In this document: positions 35,215 through 48,770 of the stretch, one piece after another | Numbering within the stretch: the first letter of the stretch is position 1 | Layout: each line of letters opens with the position of its first letter | Assembly: GCF_004010195.1 (NCBI RefSeq) | Contig: NC_057757.1 | Coordinates: 8,753,014 to 8,817,013 of the forward strand | From: Chiloscyllium plagiosum | Taxonomy: Eukaryota | DNA: 64,000 bases | Direction of reading: 5' to 3' | Translations under genes and position numbers: made by a program | The notes under the pieces: model-generated | Database searches by the model: none | The model's input: only the letters and a program-made list of their open reading frames with translations | Told to the model about the DNA's origin: nothing

Positions 35215-37965
35215 GAAAGGAATATTCAAGGCAATACGTGCTATCGTAAGGACAGACTGATGGGCAGGGGGGTGGGGTGGCCCTCTTGGTAAGGGATGAT
35301 ATTCAGTCCCTTGCGCGGGGGAATCGAGAATAAGGGGATGTAGAGTCAGTATGGATAGAGTTGAGAAATTCTAAGGGTAGAAAGACCCTATTGGGAGTTA
35401 TCTACAGGCCCCTAAACAGTAGTATGGATGTAGGGTGTAAGTTGAATAAGGAGCTGAAATTGGCCTGTCGCAAAGATGTTACTACAGTTATTTTGGGGGA
35501 TTTCAACATGCGAGTAGACTGGGAGAATCAGGATGGTGTTGGACCTCAAGAAAGAGACTTTATGGAGTGCCTCGAAAATTGATTCTTAAAGCAGCTGGTG
35601 CAGGAGCATACCAGGGAGAAGGCAATTCTGGATCTGGTATTGTGCAACGAACCAGAATTGATCCGGGACCTCGAAGTGAAGGAGCCATTAGGAGGTAATG
35701 ACCATAATACAATAAGCTTCAATCTGTAATTTGAAAGGGAGAGGGTACAATCGGTAGTGACAATATTTCAGTTGAATAAAGGGAACTGTGTAGCTATGAG
35801 GGAGGAGCTGGCTAAAGTTCAATGGTGCAATACCTTAGTAGGGATGACAGTGGAGGAACAATGGCAGATATTTCTGGGTATAATGCAGGAAATACAGGAT
35901 CAGTTCATTCCAAAAAGGAAGAAAAATCCTAGAAGGAAGCAGGGGTGGCTGTGGCTGACGAGGTATGTTAAGAAACATATAAAGTCAAAAGAGAAAAAGT
36001 ATAACATAGCAAAGATGAGTAGGAAAACGGAGGACTGGGAAGCGTTTAAAGAACAGAGGATTACTAAGAAGGAAATACGCAGAGAAAAAATGAGGAACGA
36101 AGGTAAACTGGCCAAAATATAAATGAGGCTAGTAAAAGCTTTATTAAGTATGTGAAAGGGAAAAAAATGGTTAAGACTATAATTGAGCCCATGAAGACAG
36201 AAACAGGGGAATATATTACGGGGAACAAAGAAATGGCAGAAGAGTTGAATTGGTACTTCAGATCTGTGTTCACTTGGGAAGACACAAGCAATCTCCCAGA
36301 GGTAACAGTGGCTGAAGGACCGGAACTGAAGAGAATTTATATTTGCCAGGAATTGGTGTTGGAGAGACTGTTGGGTCTGAAGGCTGATAATTCCCCGGGG
36401 CCTGATGGTCTCCATCCCAGGATACTAAAGCAGGTGGCTCAAGAAATCGTGGATGCATTGGTGATTATTTTCCAGAGTTCGGTAGATTCAGGATCAGTTC
36501 CTGCGGAATGGAGGGTGGCTAATGTTGTACACTTTTTAGGAATGGAGCGAGAGAGAAAGCAGGAAATTATAGACCAGTTAGTCTGACCTCAGTGGTGGGA
36601 AAGATGCTGGAGTGAATTATAAAGGATGGAATTATGACACATCTGGATAGCAGTAACTGGATAGGTCAGAGTCAGCATGGATTTATGAAGGGGAAATCAT
36701 GCTTGACTAATCTTCTGGAATTTTTTGAGGATGTAACTCTGAAGATGGACAAGGGAGATCCAGTGGATGTAGTGTACCTGGACTTTCAGAAAGCCTTTGA
36801 TAAAGTCCCACATAGGAGGTTAGTGAGCAAAATTAGGGCGCATGGTTTTGGGGGCAAAGTACTGACTTGGATTGAAAATTGGTTGGCTGACAGGAAACAA
36901 AGTGTAGTGATAAACGGCTCCCTTTCAGAATGGCAGGCAGTGAACAGTGGGGTACTGCAGGGATCAGGGCTGGGACCGCAGCTTTTTACAATATATATTA
37001 ATGATATAGAAGATGGTATTAATAGTAACATTAGCAAATTTGCTGATGATACTAAGCTGGGTGGCAGGGTGAAATGTGAGGAGGATGTTAGGAGATTACA
37101 GGGTGACCTGGACAGGTTAGGTGAGGGGACAGATGCATGGCAGATGCAGTTTAATTTGAATGAATGTATGGTTATCCACTTTGGTGGCAAGAACAGGAAG
37201 GCAGATTACTACCTAAATGGAGTCAAGTTAGGTAAAGGGGCAGTACAAAGAGATCTGGGTGTTCTTGTACACCAGTCAATGAAGGCAAGCATGCAGGTAC
37301 TGCAGGTAGTGAAGAAAGCTAAAAGCATGCTGGCCTTCATAACAAGAGGGATTGAGTATAGAAGCAAAGAGTTCTGCAGCTGCACAGGGCCCTGGTGAGA
37401 CAGCACCTTGAATATTGTGTACAGTTCTGGTCTCCACATTTGAGGAAAGACATTCTGGCTATTGAGGGAGTGCAGCGTAGGTTCACGAGGTCAATTCCTG
37501 GAATGGCGGGACAATCTTATGTTGAAAGATTGGAGCGACTGGGCTTGTATACCCTTGAGTTTAGAAGACTGAGAGGGGATCTGATTGAGACATATAAGAT
37601 TATTAAAGGATTGGACACTCTGGAGGCAGGAAACATGTTTCCGCTGATGGGTGAGTCCTGAACCAGAGGACACAGCTTAAAAATAAGGAATAGGCCATTT
37701 AGGGCAGAGATGAAGGGAAACTTCTTCACCCAGAGAGTGGTGGGTGTGTGGAATGCTCTGCCCCAGAAAGCAGTGGAGGCCCAGTCTCTGGATTCATTTA
37801 AGAAAGAGTTGGATTGAGCCCTCAAGGATAGTGGAATCAAGGATTATGGAGTTAAGGCAGGAACAGGATACTGATTGAGGATGATCAGCTATGATCATAA
37901 TGAATGGTGGTGCAGGCTCGAAGGGCAGAATGGCCTACTCCTGCACCTATTGTCTATTGTCCATA
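35215..37965 (+). mobile_element. CR1 LINE ORF2 (endonuclease plus RT), few disablements, 5'-truncated
   Basis: GVIYRPLN, ILGDFN, SPGPDGLHPRIL, QHGFMKGKSCLTNLLEFF, VYLDFQKAFDKVPH, KFADDTKLGG; (CTATTGT)n tail at 37946-37963. Confidence 0.97.
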
Positions 37966-38509
37966 GTAACAGCTTCTCTGCCACCAGCAGTTTCTGACTG
38001 TCTGTTAAAACAAACCAATGTAGAAAGTAACCCAAATATGAGAACTGGCCGTTCTGCTGCCATCGTTTAAAGTAACCACTGCCAAACATATTGCCACCTC
38101 TGACTTTACGATCCCTCTTGAAAAAAACTCAAAGGCAAAATAACATTGTTGAAGAAGCAATGCCTTCACAGTAGTCCTCTATGACCAGAGCGCGTTTACA
38201 GAGTTAAAGGGATCACTCATTTAAGACAAAGATATTTTTTGATCACAACAGGGACTTAAACTTTGGGAATATTTCTTTACCACAGAAGGCTGTGTCCTTT
38301 CGTTTATTCATGGTTTAAATAGAGAGAGTGTTAATCAGTCGTAAAATTCAAGGGTGATAGCAAATTGCGAATGGTGTTGAGGGTTGTCAGGCTATGCTTG
38401 ATCTCATTGAATGATGGACTAGACTTAATGGATGTATCCCCATCCTGTGGTCTGGAGTGTTAATGGATGGAACGTTTACATTAATAAATTTTCACAGGAT
38501 CATCAACCC

Positions 38510-38730
38510 TCTGAATAGCATTCCACCCAGACCGACCACCACTCCACCTCTGTAACCCTGCATTTCCAACTTAACCTGCACGGACTCTGGGAGGAAACTG
38601 GAGCGTTCGGTGAAATCCCACACAGGCACAGGGAAAATGGGCAAACTCCATACAGTCACTAAAGGCCAGAATCCAACCAGGGTCCTTGACGCTGTGAGGC
38701 AGCAATGTTAACCACTGTAACACCAAACAC
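38510..38730 (-). mobile_element. Degraded HE1 / V-SINE
   Basis: GGGTCCTTGACGCTGTGAGGCAGCAATGTTAACCACTG matches the HE1 head in reverse. Confidence 0.8.
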
Positions 38731-38894
38731 CCAGCAGACCAGATAACTTCAGCAGAGCTTTGTCTCACAAAAGCTCAAGGTCTCCGATCAGAAAAGGAAA
38801 ATGAACAGTGCCTTTCAAATGGACAACAATTCCCCTGGCAGAGGAGTCAAGTTTTTTTTTTCTTCAAACCAGTCACCCAAGCGAAAGAGTTTTA

Positions 38895-40895
38895 GAACAT
38901 GGAACATACATAGAACATTACAGCACAGCACAGTACAGACCCTTCAGCCTTCGATGTTGCACCAACCTTAGAATCCAATCTGGAGCCCATCTAACATACA
39001 CGATTCCATTTTCATCGATATGTCTAACAAATGAAAATTTTAATGTCTTTTAAGTTAGCGAGTCTATTGCTTTTGCAGGCAGGCCATTCGACACCCCTAA
39101 TACTCTCTGAGTAAAGAAACTATGTCTGATGTCTTTCCAATATCTTCCACCCCTCACTTTCAAAGCCCTGTCCCCTCGTGCGAGCCATCACCATTCAAGC
39201 AAAAAGTGTCTCACTGTCTAACCCATCTAACCCTCTGATTATCTGGTATGTCACATTTAACTCACCTCTCAACTTCTCTCTAGTGAAAACAGCCACAAGT
39301 CCCTCAACCTTTCCTCGGAAGACCTTCCCACCATACCAGGCAACATCCTAGTAAATCTCCCGGAACCCTTTCCAAAGCTTCCACATCCTTCTTATAATGC
39401 AGTGACCAGAACTGTGTGCAACACTCCAACCTCGGCTGCACCGAGTTTTATATAACTGCAGCATGACCGCATGGTTCCAAAACGCCATCCCTCTCCGACT
39501 AATTCTAATGCACTATATACCTTTTTAACAACCCTATCACTTGAGTGGCAACTTTCAGGAGTTTATGCACATAGACACCGAGATCTCTCTGTTCATCTAC
39601 ACTATCAAAAATCTTACCATTAGCCCAGTACTCCGCATTCCTGTTTCTCCTTCCAAGGTGCATCACCTCACACTTTTCTGCATTGAACTTTTTTAGCCAC
39701 ATCTCAGCCCAACTCTGCAGCTTATCTATGCCTCCCTGTAACCGAAAAAGTCCTTCAGTACTCTCCACAACTCTACCGACCTTAGTGTCATCTACAAATT
39801 TACTAACCCATTCTTTTACACCATCATCAGGTCATTTATACAAGTAACAAATAACAGTGGACCCAAAATAGATCCTTGCAGTACATCACTTGCAACTGAG
39901 AACCAGGATGAGCATTTCCCATCAACCACTACCCAGTGTCTTCTTTCAGCTAGCAAATTTCTGATCCAAATTGCTAAATTACTCTCAATCCCATGCTTCC
40001 ATATGTTGTGCAATATCCTACCGTGGGAACCTTATCCAAATGCCTTTGTAAAATCCATGTATACCACATCAACGGCTTTACCCTGAACTGCCTGTTTGGT
40101 CATCTTCTCAAAGAACTCAGTAAAGTTTGTGAGGCACGACCTGCTCTTCACAAAACTGTGTTGACTACCCCTAATCAGCGGTTTACTTTCTAGATGATTA
40201 CAAATCCTATCCCTTATAAACTTTTCCAACATTTTACCCACAACAGAAGTAAAGATCACTGGTCTCAAATTGCCAGGGATGTCCCTACTCGCTTTCTTGA
40301 ACAAGGGAGCATTTGCTAAACCCCAGTTTTCTGGCACTATTCCTGTGGACAATGACGACATAAAGATCATAGCTGAAGGTTCTGCAATCTCCTCTCTGGC
40401 TTCCCAAAGAATCCTAGGATAAATCCCATCCGGCCCAGAGGACTTACCTATTTTCACACTTTCCAGAATTTCTAACACTTCCTCCTCCTTGAACCTCAAT
40501 CCTATCTAGTCTAATAGCTTATATCTCAGTTTTCCCTCAGTTTTTTTTCACGTGAATACTAACGAGAAATAATCATTTAGCATATCCCCTGTCTCTCCTA
40601 CCTCCATGTTAAACTTCACACTGCTATCCATGATTGGCCCTAATCTTACTCTGGCCATTCTTTTATGACTGATATACCGAAAGAAAGACGGAGAGTTTTC
40701 ATTGAGCTATCGACTAATGATTTCACATGTCCCCTTCTGGCTCTTCTGAGTTCTTTCTTGAGGTCTTTCCTGGCTAACCTGTAAGCGCCCTAACTGAGCC
40801 TTCACGTCTCATCCTAAAATAAGCCTTCTTCGTCCTCTTGACAAGAGCTTCATCTTCTTTAGTAAACCTGGGTTCCCGCTCTCGACAATTTCCTC
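38895..40895 (-). mobile_element. CR1 LINE, RT region, decayed
   Basis: KSSGPDGIYPRILWEAREEIA, SQHSFVKSRSCLTNF, VDVVYMDFTKAF; same subfamily as 30990-34700. Confidence 0.93.
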
Positions 40896-41124
40896 CTTAG
40901 TTTGTGGAGCTTCTACTCAATCAGGTTAAAAAGCTCCTAATAGGCAATGTAAAAGAAAAATGCAAACAAATAATGAACAGAAAGTAATCAATTCAAATCA
41001 TATTGTGTAGTGTTGATGCACTCCCCAGGCCCTGCAGTGCCCACATGTCTCTAAAGATACATTCCCTCTCAATGGACACCCACGTGCAGATATAACACAA
41101 AGAAGAGAAGACAGTCAGGCACAA

Positions 41125-41254
41125 CGAAGATAAAAACAATGACTGCAGGTGCTGGAAACCACATTCTGGATTAGTGGTGCTGGAAGAGCACAGCAGTTCA
41201 GGCAGCATCCGAGGAGCAGTAAAATCAACGTTTCGGGCAAAAGCCCTTCATCAA
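41125..41254 (-). mobile_element. Penelope terminal fragment with near-intact hammerhead motif
   Basis: Minus strand UUGAUGA-A-GGGC-UUUU-GCCC-GAAA-CGUU followed by the CTGCTCCTCGGATGCTGCCTGAACTGCTGTG terminus. Confidence 0.85.
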
Positions 41255-41699
41255 CGAACCCCATACATAACCTGCTACCAGGACCAGTTAAAGGTCTCTT
41301 TTGCCTGATCCAGGAGCAGACCGATAAGGATGCCATCTACTCTGTCCACCTCTCCCCGTATCGGGTGCTCATAAAACAGGAACATGGGGTGAAAGAACAA
41401 AAATAAGAGTGGCCTATTCAAAAACTAAAGAGGGGTAGCAAATGAAAAAACTCAATATCATTGTGCAAAAGAGTTTTGTTCAGCCCACAAGGACTAAGTG
41501 TGGCTTGGCACACTGTACTTGCTCAGGTTTCATAGGACTTCTGCGAGCAGCACTCTCCATCTCCGATCCTGATGGAAAACGGAAGGACCCCTAAATCTTA
41601 ATCACATTTCTGTGGACCTACGATCATGTATAGGCCAGACAACTTCCTTCCCTGAAGGATATGAATAAATCACAATTTTATTATGATAATTGGCAGAGA

Positions 41700-42122
41700 T
41701 TACATGGTGAGAAATGGGTCTGGGTGGGTTACTCTTCGGAGGGTTGGTGTGGACTTGTTGGGCCAAAGGGCCTGTTTTCACACTGTATGGAATCTAATCT
41801 AAAGGGGCAGCACGGTGGCTCAATGTTTAGCATTGTTGCCTCACAGCACCAGAGACTCGGGTTTGATTCAGCCTCAGGTGACTGTCTGTGTGGAGTTTGC
41901 ACGTTCTCCCCATGTCTGCGTGGGTTTCATCCGTGTGCTCCGGTTCCCTCCCACAGTCCAAAGATGTACAGGTTAGGTGAATTCTCCCACAGTCCAAAGA
42001 TGTACAGGTTAGGTGAATTGGTCATGCTAAATTGTCCATAGAGTTAGGTCCATTAGCCACGGGGAATTGGTCTGGGTGGGTTACTCTTCGGAGGGTCAGT
42101 GTGGAATCTAATCTAATCTAAT
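41700..42122 (+). mobile_element. HE1 3' end plus full HE1 / V-SINE (41803-42122) with internal tandem duplication, nested in an older minus-strand SINE (~41600-42275)
   Basis: GGGGCAGCACGGTGGCTCAATGTTTAGCATTGTTGCCTCACAGC; CTCCCACAGTCCAAAGATGTACAGGTTAGGTGAATT occurs twice; (AATCT)n tails. Confidence 0.9.
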
Positions 42123-43234
42123 TCAATTATTAGACTAGTTTAGGATACCAGATTGTTTGCATTGAATTCAACTTTCACCATCTGTCTTGGCAGGATTCAA
42201 ACTCCTATCCCCAGAACATTAGCCTGGGGTTCTGGAGTTACTAGTCCAGGGATATTCCCGCTTACAACACCACCACGATCTTGTGGAATGTCTAAAGCTG
42301 GGCAGCATTGAGGGAAATCTTCGAGTTGTTAGAACGGGAGGGTAACCAGAACTGTGAAAGGCTCATGCTAGTGAGCTGTGAAAGGAGTTGTTAAAAATGT
42401 TTCTGCAGTCCAAGGAAAAGAATGTGAAAGACTTCAGTTAAGTAGAAACTTAACAGTTCAGCTGGGAGTGACAATGATGTGAAAAAGAGGATATGCAAAA
42501 GGATAGTGTTGGCGAACAGGTTAAAACTTAGTTTTACTACTGTAAGATCTAACTAAGACAGATGTATCTCAACTTTATTACACAAAAGAAAGAAAATCTA
42601 TGTTCTATTAATAACACAAAACCAAAAAAGCAACAAGACAGTAGAGACAACAAGTAGGCGGTCAAATAATGCATTGCCAGTTATTGCCTGGAGATTGTGT
42701 TTGGAATCTGAGGAAATCTAGTTATAAATCCCTTTAGGTCAGATATGCCCTTTCACTGAAGATCTTGAAGACAGTGTGACACATGCACTCACACTCTCAA
42801 CTTCTCACAGAGCAATCTCAAACACTCACACACACACTAAATCGCACAACAACTGACACAGAAACACTCTCAGACCTACAAGCAAACTCAATCATACATA
42901 CATACACTCACATATTCTCAAAGAAATATACTCATACCCACACAAATGCGCACTCACACTCGAATATTCCTCTCTAAATCCATTTGAGAGAAGAATCCAT
43001 CTCTCCCCTTACTCAGACACACCCACACAATCCCACGCTCATGCACACACACTATAGCCATACCCTCACACAAGCACACACACTCCCTCTGAGCCACTCA
43101 GACACACAAATATAATGGGTGAATTGTTCCATTCTGGAGGTTTATTTTACTGATAATATGCTTTTTAAAATAACTTTAGACAGTGCACAACTTGAAGCTA
43201 CAGGAGGATTGCGTAACCTTTTCTATGTTATTAT

Positions 43235-43575
43235 AGCGGTGGCAATGGCCCAGTGGTATTATCACCCGGCTGTTATTCCAGAGATCCAGATAATGTTCTG
43301 GGTAACCAGCTTTGAATCCTGCCACGGCAGGTGGTGGAATTTGAATTCAATAAATATTTGACATTAAGAATCTAATGATGGCAATGGATCGATTGCCAGG
43401 AAAAACACATCTGCTTCAATAATGTCCTCCAGGGAAGGGAGCTGCCATTCTTCCCTGGTCTGGCCAAATTGTGATTCCGACCCACAGCAATGTGGTTGAC
43501 TCTTAATTATCCTCTGGTCAATGAGCCAGAAATGCTGCCTAGACAGCAACGGTCTCATCCCGTGAATGAATAATG
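43235..43575 (+). mobile_element. tRNA-derived SINE with LINE-like 3' tail
   Basis: A-box-like TGGCCCAGTGG, B-box-like TTTGAATCC, 3' end CATCCCGTGAATGAATAA resembling the L2/CR1-clade LINE end; absent from unit 1. Confidence 0.7.
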
Positions 43576-44584
43576 GTTAAAAAAATTTGTTTTTGGGATG
43601 ACTCCGGGATAAAACTCTGAGACAGATTCTGAACAAGGCCCTACAATTACAATTCACTTTTGACTGCCATGCCATCTTTTGTATTTTTCTAGTGCGCTGT
43701 TTGTTTGAAGTATGGACAGTTAGACAAACACTGCTTGAGGCATTTAATTATCTCTGCGCAGTAGCTCTAAACAGTTACGCAAATTTGCATCTTAGTCAAT
43801 TGAGACTTGCAGATCATTTCTAACACCATTCTCCAAAACAAGCTTCTGTGACGAAAAATTGACATTTCTACAATGCTAGAATGTATGAATGAAAACAACT
43901 TTTGACACGTTTGATCCTATCTGGTGTTTACAACCTCGGAGTCAAACTGAAGCCTCCTCTGTTCCTGCACCCAGTTTGACATTGTACCATTTAGCTGTTA
44001 TTATCCCTTCTCACTCTAACATCCAAAATCATCAGTACAAGTCCCACTCTATTTCATTTGCAGGAAGCTGAGAAATGATAGTCTTCAAAATGTGAGATGT
44101 CTTTTAATCGACAAAGCGACATGTGATTCCAAAGGAATTAGTCAGTCAGCTATTTCGGTTTGTTAACGGCAACCATTTCATGTTAGCACAGCACTGACAT
44201 TGACTTTATAAATAGGAAGATACAAAAGAGAGTTCGGACTTGGGAATCCGTGTCCATTTGAGTACAGTATAGATTCACCAGAATGATAGCTGGACAGCAA
44301 GTGCTTAATAGCGAGGGACTGAAATGACACAGAACTAGGGTTGCATTCCTGAATTTTGGAAATGATGAAAAAAAAATGAAATTTTGAAGAGAATAATGGA
44401 CACTGTTCTGATAGAGATAAAAAGGCTTCTTCCTAATTCCGGATGGGAAATTAAAATCATCATCTTAAAGTCTGACAATATTCTGAATCCATTTCAGAGT
44501 TTTGATCATATACTTATTACATTTATACATAGAAATTCATAACATTTCAGATATATTTGTGGAGAGATGTAAATTATATTTATA

Positions 44585-45000
44585 CTCACACGTTGGATTG
44601 TGGCATTTCTGGCTGGGTTGGCATTTGTTGCCCATATATAGCTGATCCCGAGGAAGTGTCAGTGAGCTGCCTTCCTGAACTGCTGCTATCTATATGCGGC
44701 CGGTAAACCCACAATGATGGAAGGGAAGGGGTTCCATGATTTTCAACCAATGGCACTTGTGGAACCAACATGTTTTTCCAAGTTAGGGTGGAGAGTGGCT
44801 TGATGTGAAATTTTCAACTGGTGGTGTTCCCATGTATCTGGTGTGCTAGGCATTCTAGATGGTCGTGCCGTGGGTCTGGAAGCAGCTCTTTAAACAACTT
44901 TGGTGAATTTCTGCAGTGCGTCTTATCTATGGTACATGCTGATGCTACCGAGTGTCAGTGATGGAGACAGGGGTATTTGTGACTGTTGTGCTGAGCAAGT
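44585..45000 (-). mobile_element. L2/CR1-clade LINE 3' fragment (predates the duplication)
   Basis: GGCATTTCTGGCTGGGTTGGCATTTGTTGCCCAT...GAGCTGCCTTCCTGAACTG, shared with 20895-21250. Confidence 0.8.
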
Positions 45001-45095
45001 TGCACTAGAAGCTTATTCAAGCTACAAACGAAGAGGACATCTTATCCAGATACGATCTCATGCTGTTTTTTGACAATTTGCGTTGCTTTAGAGTA

Positions 45096-45101
45096 TTTAT
45101 T
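45096..45101 (-). terminator. Candidate poly(A) signal AATAAA of GPCR gene 2
   Basis: TTTATT on + strand, ~207 nt downstream of the stop codon. Confidence 0.35.
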
Positions 45102-45307
45102 TCCTGGAGACTTTTATCTTGAACAAAAAACACAGAAAGTTGTAGAAATGCTCAGTCGGTCGGAGAGAATACACGCAGACCAAGAGGTTGAGTCATTCCT
45201 TGCCAATTAGAAAAGGAGTGTTATCATGTTGCTAACTCCTCTGGTTCCTCAGTCCATTCCGTGAACTCCTCATCCCATTATCTGCTGTGTCTATTATTGG
45301 CTCTCAG

Positions 45308-46194
45308 TTACTTGTATTTATTCATCAATTGAATTAATTTTATAACTGGATATTTCACAGTATACTTTAACTGGTCTCTGAAGGTTTTCTGCGTCACCAC
45401 ATAAATAAATGCATTTGTGAAGCAACTTAGGTTCCGCAGCATAAATGCAATTCGTACAAAGAGACGAAAAGCAGTGCCATTCAAAAAGTAAACAGCATTA
45501 AAGTAATATAAAATACACCCCAACCAGAGAAGTATGAAACTAGCAGATATGGAAAAGAGTAATACCACAGACTTCTTTCTTCTCTCTATGTCTGGGTCAT
45601 TCTCTACTTTTCTCCGACCCCTCAGTGTCTTACGCACATTAATGGCCTCGAAGATATGCCTGACAGTCAGAATGTTGACAAAGAGAACAAAACTAAAAGG
45701 GAACATTGGTGTTAAAAATCGTTCAAAATATCTAAAACTTATCCACCGACTGTCATTATAATAACTGGACCTGACACGACAGTGCCATGGAACATTGTTA
45801 TTGATCTTTTTAGGTTTAAATCGAAAATAGGTGGGAATGTTCTTAAAGGAAAAAAAAATGCAGATTGTTGCTAGAACCGTCATTGCAGTTTTTTCTGTGC
45901 AATAGCTAGTTTTCATCTGATGAAAACAAATGGCTACAAATCGGTCAAAAGTGAAAGCAACAGTGAACCAGACAGAACAATCAATGGTCAAGTGGCACAG
46001 GACATTGATAACGCTACACACAGGAGTGATATCCAGGAAACATGCTGGATAATAAAATTGTTTAAATTTAAGAAGAATGACAAATAATGCAATGAACAGC
46101 AGATCAGATGTTGCCATGGCCACCATATAACGAGTGCTGCATGCAGAAAGACCACACTTGTCCCGAGCTAAGATTATAATCACCAAAACACTAA
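45308..46194 (-). CDS. Class A orphan GPCR, GPR139/GPR142-like (gene 2), exon 2 of 2; spliced product 311 aa
   Basis: Intact frame with DKCGLS, RYMVAM..SDLL, TPVC, SVWFTVAFTFDRFVAIC, VPWHC, TNAFIY. Acceptor CCCTTTCTCTCTCTTGCAG at 46195; phase 1 joins exon 1 as G|TT (Val). Confidence 0.92.
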
Positions 46195-47040
46195 CTGCAA
46201 GAGAGAGAAAGGGAAAAAAGAGACTTGAAGTTACTGAGCAATCATTTTCAGTGCTTGAGCCTAGAATTAAGTAATGGCACAATGATATGAACTTAAAAGA
46301 ATATTAACCACAGCAGCAAATTCTGTCGAAATGAATCATTTGCAATTTTAAAATGCATAGGGCAGAACATGAGCGGCAAATTGCTCACAGAAACACAGTT
46401 ATGTAATCGATTTTGGGGGGATCAGCAGAAGTTAATTTCACCTGCTTTGTAGGTTACTCAGAATACCTGGAGTTTCCCATAAGACCACAACATCGACACA
46501 AAGACACCTAGAATCAGTAAAACGAATTATGAGAGACACTTAACACATTTCTGTACTTAGTTTTGTTTCCAAGACTTACCAATGATCAGACCAAGCTAGA
46601 TGTTATCTCACTGTATATTGGCACATCCCTCTTCATTAACTAATCCATCATTAATAGTGTGGAAAATTGTGCAATCACAACACGTCTCTAATTTGAAAAT
46701 TAAAGTGGAGGGAAGCGCATTGTAGAGGTAGCTGCAGATTTTGAGGTCCAGGATATGACGGTGAAACGTTGTGGCAGAGATATCTGACAATTGAGATGAT
46801 AGACCTTGTATAGTTTAACTATCTTCATCTGTGATCAGGATGAAACTGGAGAGAGTTGTAATCTCATTGAGTTTACTTTTTGAGAGCTCCATTATTGTGA
46901 ACGTTTATTCATAATCGATGTGACTCATAGATGAACATTTTTTTTAAGCAATTAAAATTTAACCGTAAAAGTAGGTGTGACTAATTGAGGAACAGATAAC
47001 CAATCCTTCCAGAAATGCAAGTCAAACCACCCTGAGTTTT

Positions 47041-47220
47041 GATGTGGAGGTGCCGGTGTTGGCCTGAGGTGGACAAGGTTAAAAATCACAAAACACTGGG
47101 TTGTAGTCCAGCAGGTTTATTGGGAAATACAACTTTTGGAGCACCGCTGCTTCATCAGGTAGTTTCTTTCTCCAAATAAAAATGTTGGGCTCTCACCTGG
47201 TGTCATGTAATTTTAAACTT
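47041..47220. mobile_element. Short Penelope-related inverted-repeat element with decayed hammerhead (minus strand)
   Basis: AAAATCACAAAACACTGGGTTGTAGTCCAGCAGGTTTATT versus AATAAAAATGTTGGGCTCTCACCTGGTGTCATGTAATTTT; minus strand CCTGATGAAGCAGCGGTGCTCCAAAAGTT. Confidence 0.65.
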
Positions 47221-47902
47221 AATCCTGAGTTTGGCAGACGACAGAATTAGCATGTGGTCGTGTTGGAAGGTCAGTGGATATGGTTGAAATAAGCATAACG
47301 AGTGACAGAGTACGAGCTCCCAGCAGAGTCAGAACGCTTATCATTATCACACTAAAAGAAGAGAAATGCTCACAGTTCTGGAAATTGGATTTTTGACCTG
47401 TACTAGTGACACAGAGTATGCAGATGTTTTGAGACTATATGGGACTTTGTGATCCAAATATAAAAATACTTTTCAATTCGACATCGCTAAAAAATTGATT
47501 GTGGGAAGCTTATGAATTATAGATTCAATAATTGTTCATCCAAATCTAACCAGATGCATATGGGAAATTGTGTCAATATTTCCAGCTTTATGTCCAGCAA
47601 TAATTCATTCTTATTAACGAACAGATAACAAGTTAGTGCCACCATGACCGATAACTTGTTCTAACCTTGCTGGAAGATCAATCAGTACCAAAAATATAAT
47701 TGTTACTGTACCATTTTCAAATTATGAGAAATATCACATCTGTTAATCTGCAACAGGTCATTTTACTTTGTATACTTAGCACCAAATATACACAACCAGC
47801 TGTGAAGAGTTTGTTATTGGTAATCCACAGTACCCTTTCAAACTAAATTGACAGCTCCATCAGTGGACAGGACAGAAATGAGGAATTTAATATAAATTAA
47901 GC

Positions 47903-48770
47903 AAAGAACAAACAAAGAACAAAGAAAATTTACAGCCCAGGAACAGGCCCTTCGGCCCTCCAAGCCTGAGCCAATCCAAATGTACTGTCTAAAACTGTCG
48001 GTCAATTCCTAAGCGTCTGTATCCCTCTACTCCCCATCTACTCATGCATTTATCCAGACGCATCTTAAATGAATCTACCGTGCCTGCCTCTACCACCTCT
48101 GCTGGCAACGCGTTCCAAATGCCCACCACCCTCTGTGTGAAGTACTTGCCGCGTGTATCCCCCTTAAACTTTCCACCTCTTACCTTGAAAGCGTGACCTC
48201 TCATTACTGAATCCTTCACCCTGGGAAAAAGCTTGTCTCTAGCCACCCTGACTATACCCTTCATGATTTTGTAAACCTCAATCAGGTTCCCCCTCAATCT
48301 CCTTTTTTCTAATGAAAACAAACCTATCCTACTCAACCTCTCTTCATAACTAGCACCTTCCATACCAAGCATCATCCACCTAAACCTTCTCTGCAACCTC
48401 TCCAAAGCGTCCACATCCTTTTGGTAATGTGGCGACCAGAACTGAACACAGTATTCTAAATGCCGCTGAACCAATGTCTTGTACAATGTTAACATGACTT
48501 GCCAGCTCTTATACTCAATATCCCTCCCAATGAAAGCAAGCATACTATATGCCTTCTTAAGCACTCTATCCACCTGTGCATCGACCTTCAGGGTACAATG
48601 GACCAGCATTCTCAGATATCTCGGCCCATCAACTTTTCCCAAGGCTCTTCCGTTCATTGTTTAATTCGCTCTAGAATTCGTCTCGCCTAAATGCATCACC
48701 TCACATTTGTCTGGATTGAAAACCATCTGCCACGTTTCCACCCAACTCTCCAGTCTATCTGTATCCTCCG
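47903..48770 (-). mobile_element. CR1 LINE 3' fragment, young, in gene 2 intron
   Basis: ORF 47989-48657: LYKTLVQRHLEYCVQFWSPHYQKD...RRLRGNLIEVYKIMKG...YFTQRVVGIWNALP; (AAAGAAC)n tail. Confidence 0.95.

Larger units (their letters stand above)
42635..46545. repeat. Segmental duplication unit 2, paralogous to 16550-23340
   Basis: Same colinear blocks without the CR1 and Penelope insertions of unit 1. Confidence 0.9.

Noticed and set aside
36634..37398. 254-aa RT ORF as a functional or domesticated gene
   Set aside because: One segment of a CR1 ORF2 broken by stops and frameshifts on both sides.
46195..46282. N-terminal extension of the gene 2 ORF (MCHYLILG...)
   Set aside because: Starts at TTG and runs through the polypyrimidine tract; the true exon 1 is at 51361-51409.
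46570..46581. Donor-like site identical over 12 nt to the real exon 1 donor
   Set aside because: The upstream phase-1 frame hits TAG within six codons and has no TM1 motif; at most a cryptic non-coding donor.
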